Assembly: GCA_051294905.1 (NCBI GenBank)
Contig: CM119371.1
Span: 16,618,001 to 16,682,000, forward strand
DNA length: 64,000 nt
Direction of reading: 5' to 3'
DNA from: Botryllus schlosseri
Lineage: Eukaryota
The position numbers were made by a program, and so were the translations under genes. The notes beneath the pieces are model-generated. The model worked only from the letters and a program-made list of their open reading frames with translations, was not told the DNA's origin and did no database searches. Below are positions 63,472 to 64,000 of the stretch, in pieces. Positions within the stretch are counted from its first letter, which is position 1; every line of letters starts with the position of its first letter.

Positions 63472-64000
63472 AAATAGACAGACCCCTTCGATAGTTTTCA
63501 GAGCCGGAGCCAGAGCTGGAGCAGGAGCAGTGGTAACAATGCGGCTCCGGAGCTGGAGCCGGAGCTATTGTATGATAAAAGAAAGCTCCAGAGCCGGAGC
63601 TGGAGCAATGCAAATTTACGGCTGCTCCAAAGCCCTGGTTGTACATGCATTTTAGTGTGTGTTCATACCCCATTTGAGGTTGCAACCACACCAGAGTCGC
63701 GCTGACCCATCGTCTTCCCTTAGTGTTTCTAGAACCCCTTGAGCTGTCATGAAATGTCTCTGTACTCCCTATCCACGATCGAAATAGCACTTTGCCAAGC
63801 CGCCCCAAACGCTGGTATGGGATGGCTCTCATAATATTCTCAACACAACTTATTTGAATTTCATGGACAAAAGCCATTTCAGCGACTGGAGATAAAAAAT
63901 ATAGAAGGTTTCGCCCATATGCTGTGATTTTAGAGTACAAATGTTGATCACCACCGGCGGTGTATCTAAATATCAAAGGTTTTGGCGTGTTCTGCGGTGG

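Larger units (their letters stand above)
60753..63637. mobile_element. 2.9-kb composite hAT element with ggagcc subterminal repeats
   Basis: TIR cagggctttggagc/gctccaaagccctg; perfect 8-bp TSD gttgtaca. Confidence 0.9.

Noticed and set aside
63416..63700. APAPAPEP low-complexity C-terminus of the 186-aa ORF
   Set aside because: Derived from ggagcc subterminal repeats of the hAT element, not coding

Overview
Eukaryotic, AT-rich, intron-containing animal DNA; an invertebrate such as a tunicate is plausible but cannot be shown from the sequence. The window is dominated by transposable elements, often nested. These include many non-autonomous hAT elements/MITEs with 8-bp target-site duplications (several are foldback palindromes), a 5'-truncated RTE-type LINE split by two hAT insertions, and a Gypsy-type LTR element whose single open 777-aa ORF fuses Gag-protease to a partial integrase with RT/RNase H deleted. 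There are also Chapaev3-like and hAT transposase relics, a Penelope-like remnant with degenerate hammerhead ribozyme motifs, a P-type foldback MITE and tRNA-derived SINEs. The main host locus is a minus-strand multi-exon NLR-like gene (about 58.7 to 33.1 kb). It has short phase-1 N-terminal exons, a NACHT exon cut off by a half-deleted foldback MITE, and a long run of phase-0 exons encoding very divergent LRR-like repeats; it is probably a pseudogene. A triplicated cassette of short proline-rich phase-1 exons lies at 21 and 30.5-32.5 kb. All calls are by eye; no database searches were run.
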